Assembly (NCBI GenBank): GCA_050331455.1
Contig: JBHJGV010000015.1
Span: 7,697 to 71,696 of the forward strand
DNA: 64,000 nucleotides
Origin: Alphaproteobacteria bacterium
GTDB taxonomy: Bacteria > Pseudomonadota > Alphaproteobacteria > JAJFIK01
Reading direction: 5' to 3'
How positions within the stretch are numbered: the first letter of the stretch is position 1; each line of letters starts with the position of its first letter. Below, one piece after another: positions 48,545-58,048 of the stretch. The position numbers and the translations under genes were made by a program. The notes under the pieces are model-generated. The model worked only from the letters and a program-made list of their open reading frames with translations. It was not told the origin of the DNA and did not search any database.

Positions 48545-49786
48545 TCAGCGGATCCAAGCGCCGGAGTCGTTGCTTCGGAAACCGAGAACGGAATAGGCGG
48601 AGTCCACGAGGCTCTGCCCCCGGCTGTTCAACAACTGGCCTTGGCCCATCTGGTTCATGATGTATCCGAAAGCAAGGCCTGCGGAGGGATCCGCAAAGCC
48701 GATCGAACCGCCGGCGCCGCCATGGCCGAAGGCATTCTCACCGATGATAAGGCTCGGGGCCGGCGGATCCGTGAGGCGCCGGTTGTCGATGCTGCGCATC
48801 ACCCCGCCGCCGAAGCGCATGGGCAGACGCAGGGTCGCATCCTCATGGCTGGCATTAGAGACCTGGGCCAGGCGCGCCAGATAATCCGGCCCCAGAAGGC
48901 TGACCCCGCCTCCGGTCCCGCCCAGGCTGAGCGGCATGTAGAAGCGGGCCAGCGAGCGCGCATCGGCGACGCCGTTGGCCGAACCGATCTCCACGGCCCG
49001 GTATTCGCGCTTGTTCGGGTTGAAGCCGCCGTCATTCAGGAAAAACAGGGCCGAGATGGATTGTCGGTCCTGGAGCGCCCGCATGAAGCCCGTGGCCGGC
49101 GCATCGGGATCGAGCCGGGGCCGGAGCACCCGAGCCACCCGGTCCTCCACGGCTTCGGGCAGGCCGATCCAGAAATCGAGACCGAGGGGCGCGGCAATAT
49201 CCTCGGCGAAAATGCGGCCTGCCATGCGCCCGTCGGCCCGCCGGATCATTTCCCCCACGGTCCAGGCATAGGTGAGACCGTGATAGGAACTACGGGTTCC
49301 GGGCTCAAAAAAGGGCGCCTCGGCGGCGATCCGGCCCGTGGCATAGTCCCAGTCCAGGAAACCGCCGTCCTTCACGGGCTCGCGCAGGGCCGGGACGCCG
49401 GCGGTGTGGTCGAGCATCATGCGGGTCGTGGTGCGCTCTTTTCCGTGCACGCCATAGTCGGGCCACAGATCCGTGACCGGCGCGTCGAGGTCGAGCTTTC
49501 CCTGCTCCGCCAGGCGGTGGGCGATCACGGCCAACACCGCCTTGGTGCAGGAAAAGATGTTCACCACAGTGTCCTGGGCCCAGGGCCGCTCCGCCTTGGG
49601 GTCGGCGCTGCCACCCCACAGATCGGCCACGACCTCGCCCTCATGGATTACGCAAAGAGCGGCACCGACTTCGCCATGGGCCTCGAAATTGCGCACGAAG
49701 GTCTCGAACACAGGGCGGAAGGCAGGCGCCACATAGCCCGCCACCTCGCCTTTGGGCACGCTTGCCTGGACGCTGACCAGGGTCAT
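48545..49786 (-). CDS. Class C beta-lactamase-related serine hydrolase (EstB-like)
   Basis: SxxK motif FSCTK, YxN and beta-lactamase-fold regions. Start set at MTLVSV; its ATG overlaps the upstream stop as ATGA. Confidence 0.82.
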   Translation of the reverse strand: MTLVSVQASVPKGEVAGYVAPAFRPVFETFVRNFEAHGEVGAALCVIHEGEVVADLWGGSADPKAERPWAQDTVVNIFSCTKAVLAVIAHRLAEQGKLDLDAPVTDLWPDYGVHGKERTTTRMMLDHTAGVPALREPVKDGGFLDWDYATGRIAAEAPFFEPGTRSSYHGLTYAWTVGEMIRRADGRMAGRIFAEDIAAPLGLDFWIGLPEAVEDRVARVLRPRLDPDAPATGFMRALQDRQSISALFFLNDGGFNPNKREYRAVEIGSANGVADARSLARFYMPLSLGGTGGGVSLLGPDYLARLAQVSNASHEDATLRLPMRFGGGVMRSIDNRRLTDPPAPSLIIGENAFGHGGAGGSIGFADPSAGLAFGYIMNQMGQGQLLNSRGQSLVDSAYSVLGFRSNDSGAWIR

Positions 49787-50790
49787 TCCTTGGCAACCTC
49801 GAGAACGACCTTGCCCTGGGCCCGGCGCTCCATCAGCTCGTTCAGGGCATCGGCATAGTTCTCGAAGGGGTGTACGGAGGACACATGCGGCTTGATCTTG
49901 CCCTCTGCATACCACCGCATCAGCTCCGCCACATGCTCCTTGTTGCGGGCCGGATCCCGGGAAACGAAGGCGCCCCAGAACACGCCCACGATCTGGCAAC
50001 TCTTCAGCAGGGTGAGGTTCAGCGGAATGCGCGGAATATCGCCGGCGGCAAAGCCGATCACCAGGAAGCGCCCGTCCCAGTTGGTGGCCCGGATCGCCGG
50101 CTCGGCATAGGAGCCCCCGACCGGGTCATAGACCACATCGGCGCCCTTGTCGCCGGTGGCGGCCTTGATCTGCTCGGACAGGGTCTTCTGCTGGCCTTTG
50201 TCGAGAATACCGGAGGGGTAAAGGATGCCCTCATCGGCGCCATGGGCCCGGCAGGTGGCAAGCTTGTCCTCCGAAGAGGCCGCAGCGATCACCCGCGCGC
50301 CCATCACCTTGCCGAGTTCGACGGCCGCAAGACCCACGCCGCCGGCCGCGCCGAGCACCAGGAGATTCTCCCCCGGCTGGATCTTGGCCCGGTCCTTCAG
50401 GGCGTAATGGGAGGTGCCGTAGGTGAGGATGAAGGCCGAGGCCTCGGTCATGGGCATGACATCCGGAATGGGGATCGCCGACGTTTCCTTCACGACGACC
50501 TTCTCGGCAAATCCGCCCCAGCCCGTGGAGCCGATCACCCGGTCACCGGGCTTCACGCGTGTCACGCCGGGGCCCACGGCGGAGACCACGCCCGCCACCT
50601 CGCCGCCGGGGGAAAAGGGCAGCTCCGGCTTGAACTGATACTTGTTCTGAATGATCAAAATATCGGGAAAATTGACCCCGCACGCCTTGACGTCGAGCGC
50701 CACTTCGCCCTCGCCGGGGTTGGGCGCCGCGACCTCTTCGATCACGAGGGATTCGGGACGTCCGTATTCCTTGCAAAGCACTGCCCGCAT
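49783..50790 (-). CDS. NADPH:quinone oxidoreductase / zinc-type MDR alcohol dehydrogenase family
   Basis: MRAVLCKEYGRPESL..., GroES-like fold, Rossmann LGAAGGVGLAAV. Confidence 0.88.
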   Translation of the reverse strand: MRAVLCKEYGRPESLVIEEVAAPNPGEGEVALDVKACGVNFPDILIIQNKYQFKPELPFSPGGEVAGVVSAVGPGVTRVKPGDRVIGSTGWGGFAEKVVVKETSAIPIPDVMPMTEASAFILTYGTSHYALKDRAKIQPGENLLVLGAAGGVGLAAVELGKVMGARVIAAASSEDKLATCRAHGADEGILYPSGILDKGQQKTLSEQIKAATGDKGADVVYDPVGGSYAEPAIRATNWDGRFLVIGFAAGDIPRIPLNLTLLKSCQIVGVFWGAFVSRDPARNKEHVAELMRWYAEGKIKPHVSSVHPFENYADALNELMERRAQGKVVLEVAKE

Positions 50791-50891
50791 GGGCTTTTCC
50801 TCCTCAAGATGCCGTGTCTTCAAAGGCGCGCGCGCCCTTTTCCCGCAGTCTGGCACGGGCCGCGGCGTCAGGGCCAGGGGCTTGAGGGCTC

Positions 50892-51950
50892 TCACACGCC
50901 CGGACCGTCACGGCGAACCCGGGCCCGGTGGTGCCCGGCCGCGGCGTCTTGCTCCGAACCGCCAGAGGTCCCGCCGTCCGGCATGGGAAGACCGAAGGCT
51001 TCACAAATCACTTCACGCATCTGCATCACGCTGCGCCGGCCAATGGCGATGGCCTCCGCGGCTTTGTCGAATTGCAGGACGCCGATATGGGCAAGGGGCG
51101 GGTTCAGCATGACGTCGGGCGGCTCGCCCACGGCGCGGGATTTGGTGATGCGGTCGCTCATGATGGCGAGCGCATTGTTGATCACCTCAAGGCGCTGGGG
51201 ACCCCGGTCGCCGGGGTCGAGCATGGAACGCATGAAGCGTCCGGCCGATCGTTTTGTGTTGGGCGGCAAGCGGTTGGCGAGATCGTCGAGCCAGGTCCAG
51301 GGCATAGAATCGTCGGGCACGGTATCGGCCGGGTCAATTCCCAAAGGGGGCGTCAGGGATTGGGCCCGAAATACATCGGCGTTCAGATTAACCGCCAGCA
51401 CGAGATCCGCCTCGTCCGCCTGGGCGAGGGAGACCGGTACGGGATTGACCAGGGCCCCGTCGGCGAGCCAACGCCCGCGCAGGCGTACGGGCTGCACCAG
51501 GCCGGGAATGGCGGTTGTGGCGCAGATGGACGGGGCAAGCGGGCCATCGCGCAGCCAGATCTCCCGGCCCCGCGTGATATCCGTGGCCACGACGCCGAAG
51601 GGCATGGGCAGATCCTCGATGCCGGCCTCGCCGAGAAGATCCGCATACAAACGGGCGAGATTCTGGCCGGCGATGAACCCGCCGCCGCCCAGATTGACGT
51701 CGAAATACCGGATGATCTTGAAGGTATCGAGGCTGAGCGCGAATTGCTTGAGCGCATCGAGCCGGCCAGCGGCGTAGGCGGCCCCGACCAGGGCTCCGAT
51801 CGAGCAGCCGGCGATGACGTCCGGCTTGAAACCGAGGTCGCGCAGGGCCTCGATCACGCCGATATGGGCCCAGCCCCGGGCGGCGCCGCTGCCAAGAACG
51901 AGACCCAGCCGGCAGGTCCTCGGCCGGCGCAGCACGGTGTCATCTGTCAT
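50892..51950 (-). CDS. Patatin-like phospholipase (RssA-like)
   Basis: GSGAARGWAHIGV (GxGxxG) and the GCSIGA serine lipase motif. Start at MTDDTVL; the longer track ORF is a run-through. Confidence 0.85.
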   Translation of the reverse strand: MTDDTVLRRPRTCRLGLVLGSGAARGWAHIGVIEALRDLGFKPDVIAGCSIGALVGAAYAAGRLDALKQFALSLDTFKIIRYFDVNLGGGGFIAGQNLARLYADLLGEAGIEDLPMPFGVVATDITRGREIWLRDGPLAPSICATTAIPGLVQPVRLRGRWLADGALVNPVPVSLAQADEADLVLAVNLNADVFRAQSLTPPLGIDPADTVPDDSMPWTWLDDLANRLPPNTKRSAGRFMRSMLDPGDRGPQRLEVINNALAIMSDRITKSRAVGEPPDVMLNPPLAHIGVLQFDKAAEAIAIGRRSVMQMREVICEAFGLPMPDGGTSGGSEQDAAAGHHRARVRRDGPGV

Positions 51951-52018
51951 CGGATCAATCGCTTCAAATGGGCAGAATACAAAGGTGAAGGCCAATGCGC
52001 GGGCACCGGCATGGCCGA

Positions 52019-53053
52019 TCACGGAGCAGATAGGGCCGCGAATGCGTCGGAAACCGGGCGCATCCGTCCGGTATCGAGGCCGCGCCAATTGCGCAGCACC
52101 GGCCGATGGGCCGATTGAATGCCGGCACAGGCCGGGTCGAGCACGCCCAGGCGGACCAGGATCTCGCAGATCGCGCTCTGGGCGGCCCGGGTCGCGCCAT
52201 CGTCGATCTTGAGGACAACACCGAGGCCAAGCTCCACCATAAAGGCCGAATAGACGCCTTCCGCACCGGTCTTGGTGACGAACCGGCCCTTGCCGGCCGC
52301 GATCAGGGCCGTGTCGAGGCCGCCGAGCCCCGACAGCATCACCGGATGGGCCGCCTGGGCGGCGAACTGGCGCTCCAGCGCCTGCGCCCGGCCGGCGCTC
52401 ACGCCGCGGCGGGCGGCGCATCGGGCGACGCCGAGGCCGAAGGCGCGCAAAGGCATTCCGAGATTGGGCGCGGAACAGCCGTCGACCGCCACGGCGAGGG
52501 CGTGGGGATCCTGATCGCACAGATCCGCAATGGTGGCCGTGATCCGTTTCTGCAACGGATGGCCCGCCTCCGTATACCCCCAAAGGGACAGATCCAGATG
52601 ACGGGCGAGGGTCAGGAACCCGGCATGTTTGCCGGAGCAGTTATTGTGGAGCTGGGTGGGTTTTCGCCGGCGCCTGTGAAGGCGGGCCAGTTCCGCCGGG
52701 TCGAGGGGCTCCTGGGCCCCGCAGGCCAAGGCCGCCTCAGGCAGTCGCAAGCGCTTGAGCCATGCCCTGACGGTGCCCACATGGAGATCGGCGCCCCAGT
52801 GAGAGGCCGCGGCTATGGCGAGTTCAGCGTCCGTCAGAGCGGCCCCATCGGCGGCCCCGCTCTCGATGAGATCGAGGGACTGGAAAATCTTGTAGGCTGA
52901 TCGCGGAAACATCGGGCGGTCGATATCACCCGCTGCAGCAAGCACCTGCCCTTCACTGTCCATGACGGCATAGCTGCCCCGATGCACGCTTTCGATCAGA
53001 CCGTCCCGCCAGACCTCGACCAGGGGTGGATTTGACATGGACCGCATCTCCAT
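52019..53053 (-). CDS. Asparaginase-family protein (Rhizobium-etli-type L-asparaginase II, PF06089)
   Basis: SAYKIFQSLDL, NNCSGKHAGFL and TKTGAEGVY motifs of the PF06089 family. Confidence 0.8.
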   Translation of the reverse strand: MEMRSMSNPPLVEVWRDGLIESVHRGSYAVMDSEGQVLAAAGDIDRPMFPRSAYKIFQSLDLIESGAADGAALTDAELAIAAASHWGADLHVGTVRAWLKRLRLPEAALACGAQEPLDPAELARLHRRRRKPTQLHNNCSGKHAGFLTLARHLDLSLWGYTEAGHPLQKRITATIADLCDQDPHALAVAVDGCSAPNLGMPLRAFGLGVARCAARRGVSAGRAQALERQFAAQAAHPVMLSGLGGLDTALIAAGKGRFVTKTGAEGVYSAFMVELGLGVVLKIDDGATRAAQSAICEILVRLGVLDPACAGIQSAHRPVLRNWRGLDTGRMRPVSDAFAALSAP

Positions 53054-53118
53054 GAACCGTGTCGCCCCTGGTCCGGGACCTGGTAGACCCCGCGGGCTCC
53101 CCGGTCCGGCTCATCCCT

Positions 53119-53745
53119 ATGCAGTGGACTTTGAAAAGGAATTCGGGCGTGCGCGGCTATTTTGGCATCGGCGTGGAGGGTATCAGCAAGGCTTTTAATG
53201 TCGGCAATCTTTTCAGGACCGCCCATGCCTTCGGCGCCAGTTTCGTCTTTTCCGTCGATGCCCATTTCAAGGCCCGCGAGGCCGCGAAAGCCGACACATC
53301 CGACGCCATGCGCGGCCACATCCCGTATTACGAGTGGGACCGGGTGGTGGATATGGCCCTGCCGAAGGGCTGCGCGCTGGTTGCCGTCGAACTGCTGGAT
53401 GATGCGGTAAGCCTTCCGAGCTTCCGCCACCCCAACGCCGCCGCCTATGTGCTTGGACGGGAGCGCGGCAATGTGTCGGACGTGATGCTGGATCGTGCCG
53501 ATCACGTCATCCGCATACCGACCCGGTTTTGCGTCAATGTGGGCATCGCCGGCGCGATCGTCATGTATGATCGGCTGGTGAGCCAGGGACGCAATGCCCC
53601 CCGCCCGTTGATGCCCGGGGGCCCGCACGACCATGGGCCTGCCCTTCACGGGTCACAGGTACAGAGCCATCTCATCAATGAGCGGATCCGGCGCGACAAT
53701 GCATCCGCTGAGCCAGGGGTTATTGACCCAGCGCCCGCTGAATGA
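53119..53745 (+). CDS. SpoU/TrmH-family RNA 2'-O-methyltransferase
   Basis: SPOUT knot motifs (YVLGRERGNVS, IRIPTRFCVNVGIAGAIVMYD). Confidence 0.8.
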   Translation: MQWTLKRNSGVRGYFGIGVEGISKAFNVGNLFRTAHAFGASFVFSVDAHFKAREAAKADTSDAMRGHIPYYEWDRVVDMALPKGCALVAVELLDDAVSLPSFRHPNAAAYVLGRERGNVSDVMLDRADHVIRIPTRFCVNVGIAGAIVMYDRLVSQGRNAPRPLMPGGPHDHGPALHGSQVQSHLINERIRRDNASAEPGVIDPAPAE

Positions 53746-54406
53746 CACCCATGACGCCAGTGAGTTGAACCGGTGCCGTTGTCACGGACAGAGCGAGACA
53801 CGTACCGTCTTCCTCCGCGACGGGCCGGTGGGTCAGGTCAGGCGAGCCCATGGCGATATCGCCGGGACCGTAGCGGCCGACCTCGTCACGGAACGCTCCC
53901 TTCAGAACGAGGGTGCACTCCTGCCCGCGATGGGTATGGCGTGGTGCCGATGCGCCCGGTTGCAAGCGGAAGATATGAATATCCGGCCCATCCAAATCAC
54001 CGCACAGGTCTAAGATATGGAGGCCTTTCGCGGTCTTCTTCCAACCCTGCTGTTGGAATGCCTCACGGGCTATTCCTTTGAGCGCTTCAGGCAAATCGTC
54101 GAGATCGGGATCGGAGGGTGCCCCAAAATCGATAGGCGCATCCTCGCCCGCTGCCATATCCGCAAAGGCGGGCAGCACGCCCTCAAGCTGCGCCATGACC
54201 CGCGCCGCCAAGCCGTCGGAGAGGTCAACCGGATCCGCGGCGTCGAGCATCGCGCCGCCGATGGCATCGTAAGTGTCGAGGTCCTTGCGGCACTGCGGAC
54301 AAAGCGCAGCATGCGTCTCGATGACCAGGGACAAGGCGGGATCCAGTGCCCCGGTCGCAAAGGCGAGGAGCATCTCGGGATCGGGATGGTGCAGGGGCTG
54401 TGTCAT
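53720..54406 (-). CDS. chrR: Anti-sigma-E factor ChrR (zinc-binding, cupin C-terminal domain)
   Basis: N-terminal zinc anti-sigma motif (ETHAALCPQC) and C-terminal cupin with a His/Cys cluster. Lies immediately downstream of rpoE. Confidence 0.85.
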   Translation of the reverse strand: MTQPLHHPDPEMLLAFATGALDPALSLVIETHAALCPQCRKDLDTYDAIGGAMLDAADPVDLSDGLAARVMAQLEGVLPAFADMAAGEDAPIDFGAPSDPDLDDLPEALKGIAREAFQQQGWKKTAKGLHILDLCGDLDGPDIHIFRLQPGASAPRHTHRGQECTLVLKGAFRDEVGRYGPGDIAMGSPDLTHRPVAEEDGTCLALSVTTAPVQLTGVMGVIQRALGQ

Positions 54407-54494
54407 GGATTACAAACTAACGCTCTCATCAGGGTGGGGTAGGGTGGCACCTCATGACACAGTATTTTTTTCAATAGATCGTTCGTCCAGGTGG

Positions 54495-55028
54495 TCAGAC
54501 GTCGCCGTCCAACGAATGTTTCAAGCGCGAGAACGCAAGACGCAACCTGGACTTGACGGTACCGAGCGCAATACCCGTATGCTTGGCGATATCGCGGTGT
54601 GACAATCCGTTGAAAAAGGCGAGATACAAAAGATCGCGCTGTTCTTTCGGCAGGACCGTGATGGCCGCGTGCAACCGCTCTTGGCGCTGGCCTGCCAGCA
54701 CCGCATCGTCCGGCGCTGGTTCCGGATCCGGGACGAACATGGGGTCCTCGGGGTCGAACGCCGGATTACGCTCCCGCCGCAAAATGTCGATTCGCCGGTT
54801 GCGGGCGATTGTGAACAGCCAAGTGGAGGCCGACGCTTGGCGCCGGTCGAACTGTTCCGCCTTCCGCCAGACCGTCAGCATGACGTCCTGGACGATCTCT
54901 TCCGCCGACGCGCTGTCCGACCCGAGATTGATGAGGTAGCCCTTCAGGCGCGGCGCGAAATAGTCGAAGATCGAGGAGAAGGCAGCGCGGCTCCGCTCCC
55001 GCGCCACCGCTTCCAGCCAGTCGGCCAT
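54495..55028 (-). CDS. rpoE: ECF sigma factor RpoE (sigma-24; RpoE-ChrR singlet-oxygen stress pair)
   Basis: Region 2 (FDYFAPRLKGYL, DVMLTVWRKAEQFD) and region 4 (LSHRDIAKHTGIALGTVKSRLRLA). Start is uncertain: MADWLEAV is used here, and the track ORF extends to 55139. Confidence 0.85.
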   Translation of the reverse strand: MADWLEAVARERSRAAFSSIFDYFAPRLKGYLINLGSDSASAEEIVQDVMLTVWRKAEQFDRRQASASTWLFTIARNRRIDILRRERNPAFDPEDPMFVPDPEPAPDDAVLAGQRQERLHAAITVLPKEQRDLLYLAFFNGLSHRDIAKHTGIALGTVKSRLRLAFSRLKHSLDGDV

Positions 55029-55709
55029 CTGCTCCCGCGTAATTTTTTTCGTAATGTTGGATTCCGGTCGGCTCACGGTGTGATGCAACGTTATGGGGAG
55101 GGGCCAAAACCACCCCACTGTTACAGCACGGGCTTCCAATGTAAATCACACCCGAAAGGCCTGGGAGGGCCGCCTTGCAGGCCGCGACGCTTGGTGGACA
55201 CGCGCTACAGTAGCGCATGGGTAAGGGTGGCATATGGGACAGCGGGTGGGCTCTACCGATGCCTTGGGCCGTGTTGGGGCATGGTCGGACCGGCGCGCGC
55301 GCCAACCGGCGGATCACTGAGCCGCTCCGATACTGTTTTTTCGGCGTGAATATATAAAGCCGGCCCTTGGCCTTGCCCCCGCCGAGCGGTTCATCCACAT
55401 CTGGCATCATCAAGGGGTCACCGGCGCCGCTTGGTGGTCAGGAATGCAAAAGGGGGCTTGCACAGGATTCCGGGCAGCGCAACACGACCAGCCCGATCGC
55501 CGGCGGGGTCGTCCAGTGACCGTTTGCCCTTTTGTCGGCCCGAACCGCCGGGCATGATTTTCCGGTGGTTCGCCCGGCGAATCGATCGGCCTGGTTCAAT
55601 CGGACCGGTCCCACGCATCCGGCCCCGGTATGCGACCCGTATCGGACGATCGAACGCGGCGAGCCATGAGGACCTGCAACCCTCGACAGCCCAGGACGAA
55701 CAAGAGCCA

Positions 55710-56309
55710 ATGATGATTTCCAGCTTGACCATCCGACTTTTCCGTCCCCTGGACCCCCGCGGCATCCCCGCTGCCGCCCTCGTATTGGGGGTCCTGTGTG
55801 CCCTCGCCACGCTGGTGCCGCCGACCCCGGCCCGGGCCCAGGATGCCCCCAAGGTTCTCGGCACCTACAAAGCGTGGACCGCTTATCAGTCCCAAGAGAA
55901 CGGCGAGACCTTGTGTTTCATCGTGTCCGACCCCACCGAAAAGCGCCTGTCGCGCACCGGACGCAATCGGGGCGATGTGCATTTCCTGCTGTCCCATTGG
56001 CCGAGCAAGGAGATTTTCGGCCAACCCAGCGTGATCATCGGCTACCCGTTCGCGCGCAACAGTGAACCGTCGGTGCGCATCGGGTCAGACCAGTTCGAGA
56101 TGGTTCTCGATCCGGAGAACAAGGACATTTACGAGGAACGCGCCTGGGCGCCGGACGCGGACACTGAAGAGCGGCTGATCTCGGCCATGCGCCGCGGGAC
56201 GACCATGGTCGTCACGGGCCGCTCGTCCAGCGGGACGATTTCCACGGACACGTATTCGCTGCTGGGTTTCACCGCGGCGCTCAAGCGAATCGACGAGCAA
56301 TGCCGATAA
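55710..56309 (+). CDS. Invasion-associated locus B (IalB) family periplasmic protein
   Basis: Signal peptide followed by the IalB-type domain. Start at MMISSL. Confidence 0.65.
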   Translation: MMISSLTIRLFRPLDPRGIPAAALVLGVLCALATLVPPTPARAQDAPKVLGTYKAWTAYQSQENGETLCFIVSDPTEKRLSRTGRNRGDVHFLLSHWPSKEIFGQPSVIIGYPFARNSEPSVRIGSDQFEMVLDPENKDIYEERAWAPDADTEERLISAMRRGTTMVVTGRSSSGTISTDTYSLLGFTAALKRIDEQCR

Positions 56310-57556
56310 CGCCGTCGTCCCCGGGTGCCGGGCCGGTTCAGCCCGGGACCGACGGCGGGGGCGGCGTCACGCCGCTCACCTTCCGAGGACGCATCGATCC
56401 CGCGCCGATCGACCCACGCGCTGGCGCGCCTGCCGCGCCCGGAAAACGCAATCTCATTGGCCTGGGCCGTGAGGCCCTGATGGCGGCCTTGGGCGATCTT
56501 GATATCCCGGACACGCAGCGGGCCATGAGGGTCCGCCAAGTCTGGAACTGGCTTTACGTGCGCGGCGCCGCGGACTTCGAGCGCATGTCCAACCTGTCAA
56601 AGGGACTGCGCCAGGCGTTGGACGACCGGTTCGAAATCAAGCGCCCCGAAGTCGTCGATGCCCAGATCTCCCAGGACGGCACCCGCAAATGGCTTTTGAG
56701 AAGCGCCCCCGGCGTGGAGGTCGAGACCGTCTTTATCCCCGATGATGACCGCGGAACCTTGTGCGTCTCGAGCCAGGTGGGATGCACCCTGACCTGCCGT
56801 TTCTGCCACACCGGCACCCAGCCTCTTGTGCGCAATCTGACGTCCACGGAAATTCTCGGACAGGTGCTCGTGGCTCGTGATGCCTTGGGGGAGTGGCCGG
56901 ATGAAGGGGGCAAACCGGCGACCGAACGGGCCATGACGAATATCGTCATGATGGGAATGGGCGAGCCCCTCTATAATTTCGATGCGGTCAAGGAATCCCT
57001 GCTGATCGCTTCGGACAATGAGGGAATTTCGCTTTCCAAGCGGCGGATCACCCTGTCCACGGCCGGTGTGGTGCCCCTGATCCCCCGAGCCGGCGCTGAG
57101 ATCGGCGTGATGCTGGCCATCTCGCTCCATGCGGTGCGTGACGACCTGCGCAACGAGATCGTGCCGCTGAACAAGAAATATCCCATTGCCGAGCTTCTCG
57201 ACGCGTGCCGCGCCTATCCGGGCCTGTCCAATGCCAAGCGCATCACGTTCGAGTATGTGATGCTGCGCGACATGAATGATTCGGATGCGGATGCGCGGGA
57301 TCTGGTGCGCTTGATCGCCGGCATCCCGGCCAAGATCAATCTCATTCCGTTCAACCCCTGGCCCGGATCCCCCTATGAATGCTCCGACTGGGAACGGATC
57401 GAACGGTTTGCCGATATCGTGAACCGGGCGGGCTATGCGAGCCCGGTGCGCACGCCGCGCGGGCGGGACATTCTCGCCGCCTGTGGACAGCTCAAATCGG
57501 AAAGCCGGAAACTGCGCGCTTCTGAAAGACGGGCTCGCGAGGGCCATGGCGCCTGA
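56300..57556 (+). CDS. rlmN: 23S rRNA/tRNA adenine-C2 methyltransferase RlmN (radical SAM)
   Basis: Radical-SAM motif CxxxCxxC ([12 protein letters not shown]), conserved GMGEPL and the C-terminal Cys. Confidence 0.93.
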   Translation: MPITPSSPGAGPVQPGTDGGGGVTPLTFRGRIDPAPIDPRAGAPAAPGKRNLIGLGREALMAALGDLDIPDTQRAMRVRQVWNWLYVRGAADFERMSNLSKGLRQALDDRFEIKRPEVVDAQISQDGTRKWLLRSAPGVEVETVFIPDDDRGTLCVSSQVGCTLTCRFCHTGTQPLVRNLTSTEILGQVLVARDALGEWPDEGGKPATERAMTNIVMMGMGEPLYNFDAVKESLLIASDNEGISLSKRRITLSTAGVVPLIPRAGAEIGVMLAISLHAVRDDLRNEIVPLNKKYPIAELLDACRAYPGLSNAKRITFEYVMLRDMNDSDADARDLVRLIAGIPAKINLIPFNPWPGSPYECSDWERIERFADIVNRAGYASPVRTPRGRDILAACGQLKSESRKLRASERRAREGHGA

Positions 57557-58031
57557 CGTCTCCCTTCCGGCTGGCCTCGCGCTCGAGCCGGCCCGGAGCG
57601 CGGACTTTGAGGCCCTGTTCACCCTGATCGATGAGAGCTTCGCGCCGCTTCTTGGGCCCGCCGGCCAGTGGGACAGGGCCCGTGAACGTCGGATGTTTCG
57701 TCGCAGCTTCACGCCTGGACGAGATCTTGTGCTGCGCGCCTGCGGGCAGGATGGATCGGTCGCGGGGCTCTGGAGCGTCGCCGGGATCCCCGGCGGGCGC
57801 GTCCTGCTTTACGCGGTTTTGGCTCCGCAATGGCGCAATCGCGGCATCGGCTCCCGGTTGCTGGCGGCGCTGACGGGCGAGGCCGACGCGAATGGCATCC
57901 CTCTAGAGTTGACTGTGCATCGACTCAATCGCGCCAGTGCACTCTACGAACGCGTTGGCTTTCGTGCTGTTTTGGAGACAGACACAAAACTGAGAATGCG
58001 TTATTCTCCCAGTTTGAGACAGTGGGCTTAA
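57546..58031 (+). CDS. GNAT-family N-acetyltransferase
   Basis: Acetyl-CoA-binding motif [14 protein letters not shown] overlaps the rlmN stop. Confidence 0.7.
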   Translation: MAPDVSLPAGLALEPARSADFEALFTLIDESFAPLLGPAGQWDRARERRMFRRSFTPGRDLVLRACGQDGSVAGLWSVAGIPGGRVLLYAVLAPQWRNRGIGSRLLAALTGEADANGIPLELTVHRLNRASALYERVGFRAVLETDTKLRMRYSPSLRQWA

Positions 58032-58048
58032 CGGCGGTTTTGTGCGCA

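Noticed and set aside
50892-52583. 563-aa ORF upstream of the patatin gene, suggesting a fused larger protein
   Set aside because: The patatin family begins at MTDDTVLRRP (51950). The upstream extension is Arg/Pro/Gly-rich junk and antisense to the asparaginase-family gene.
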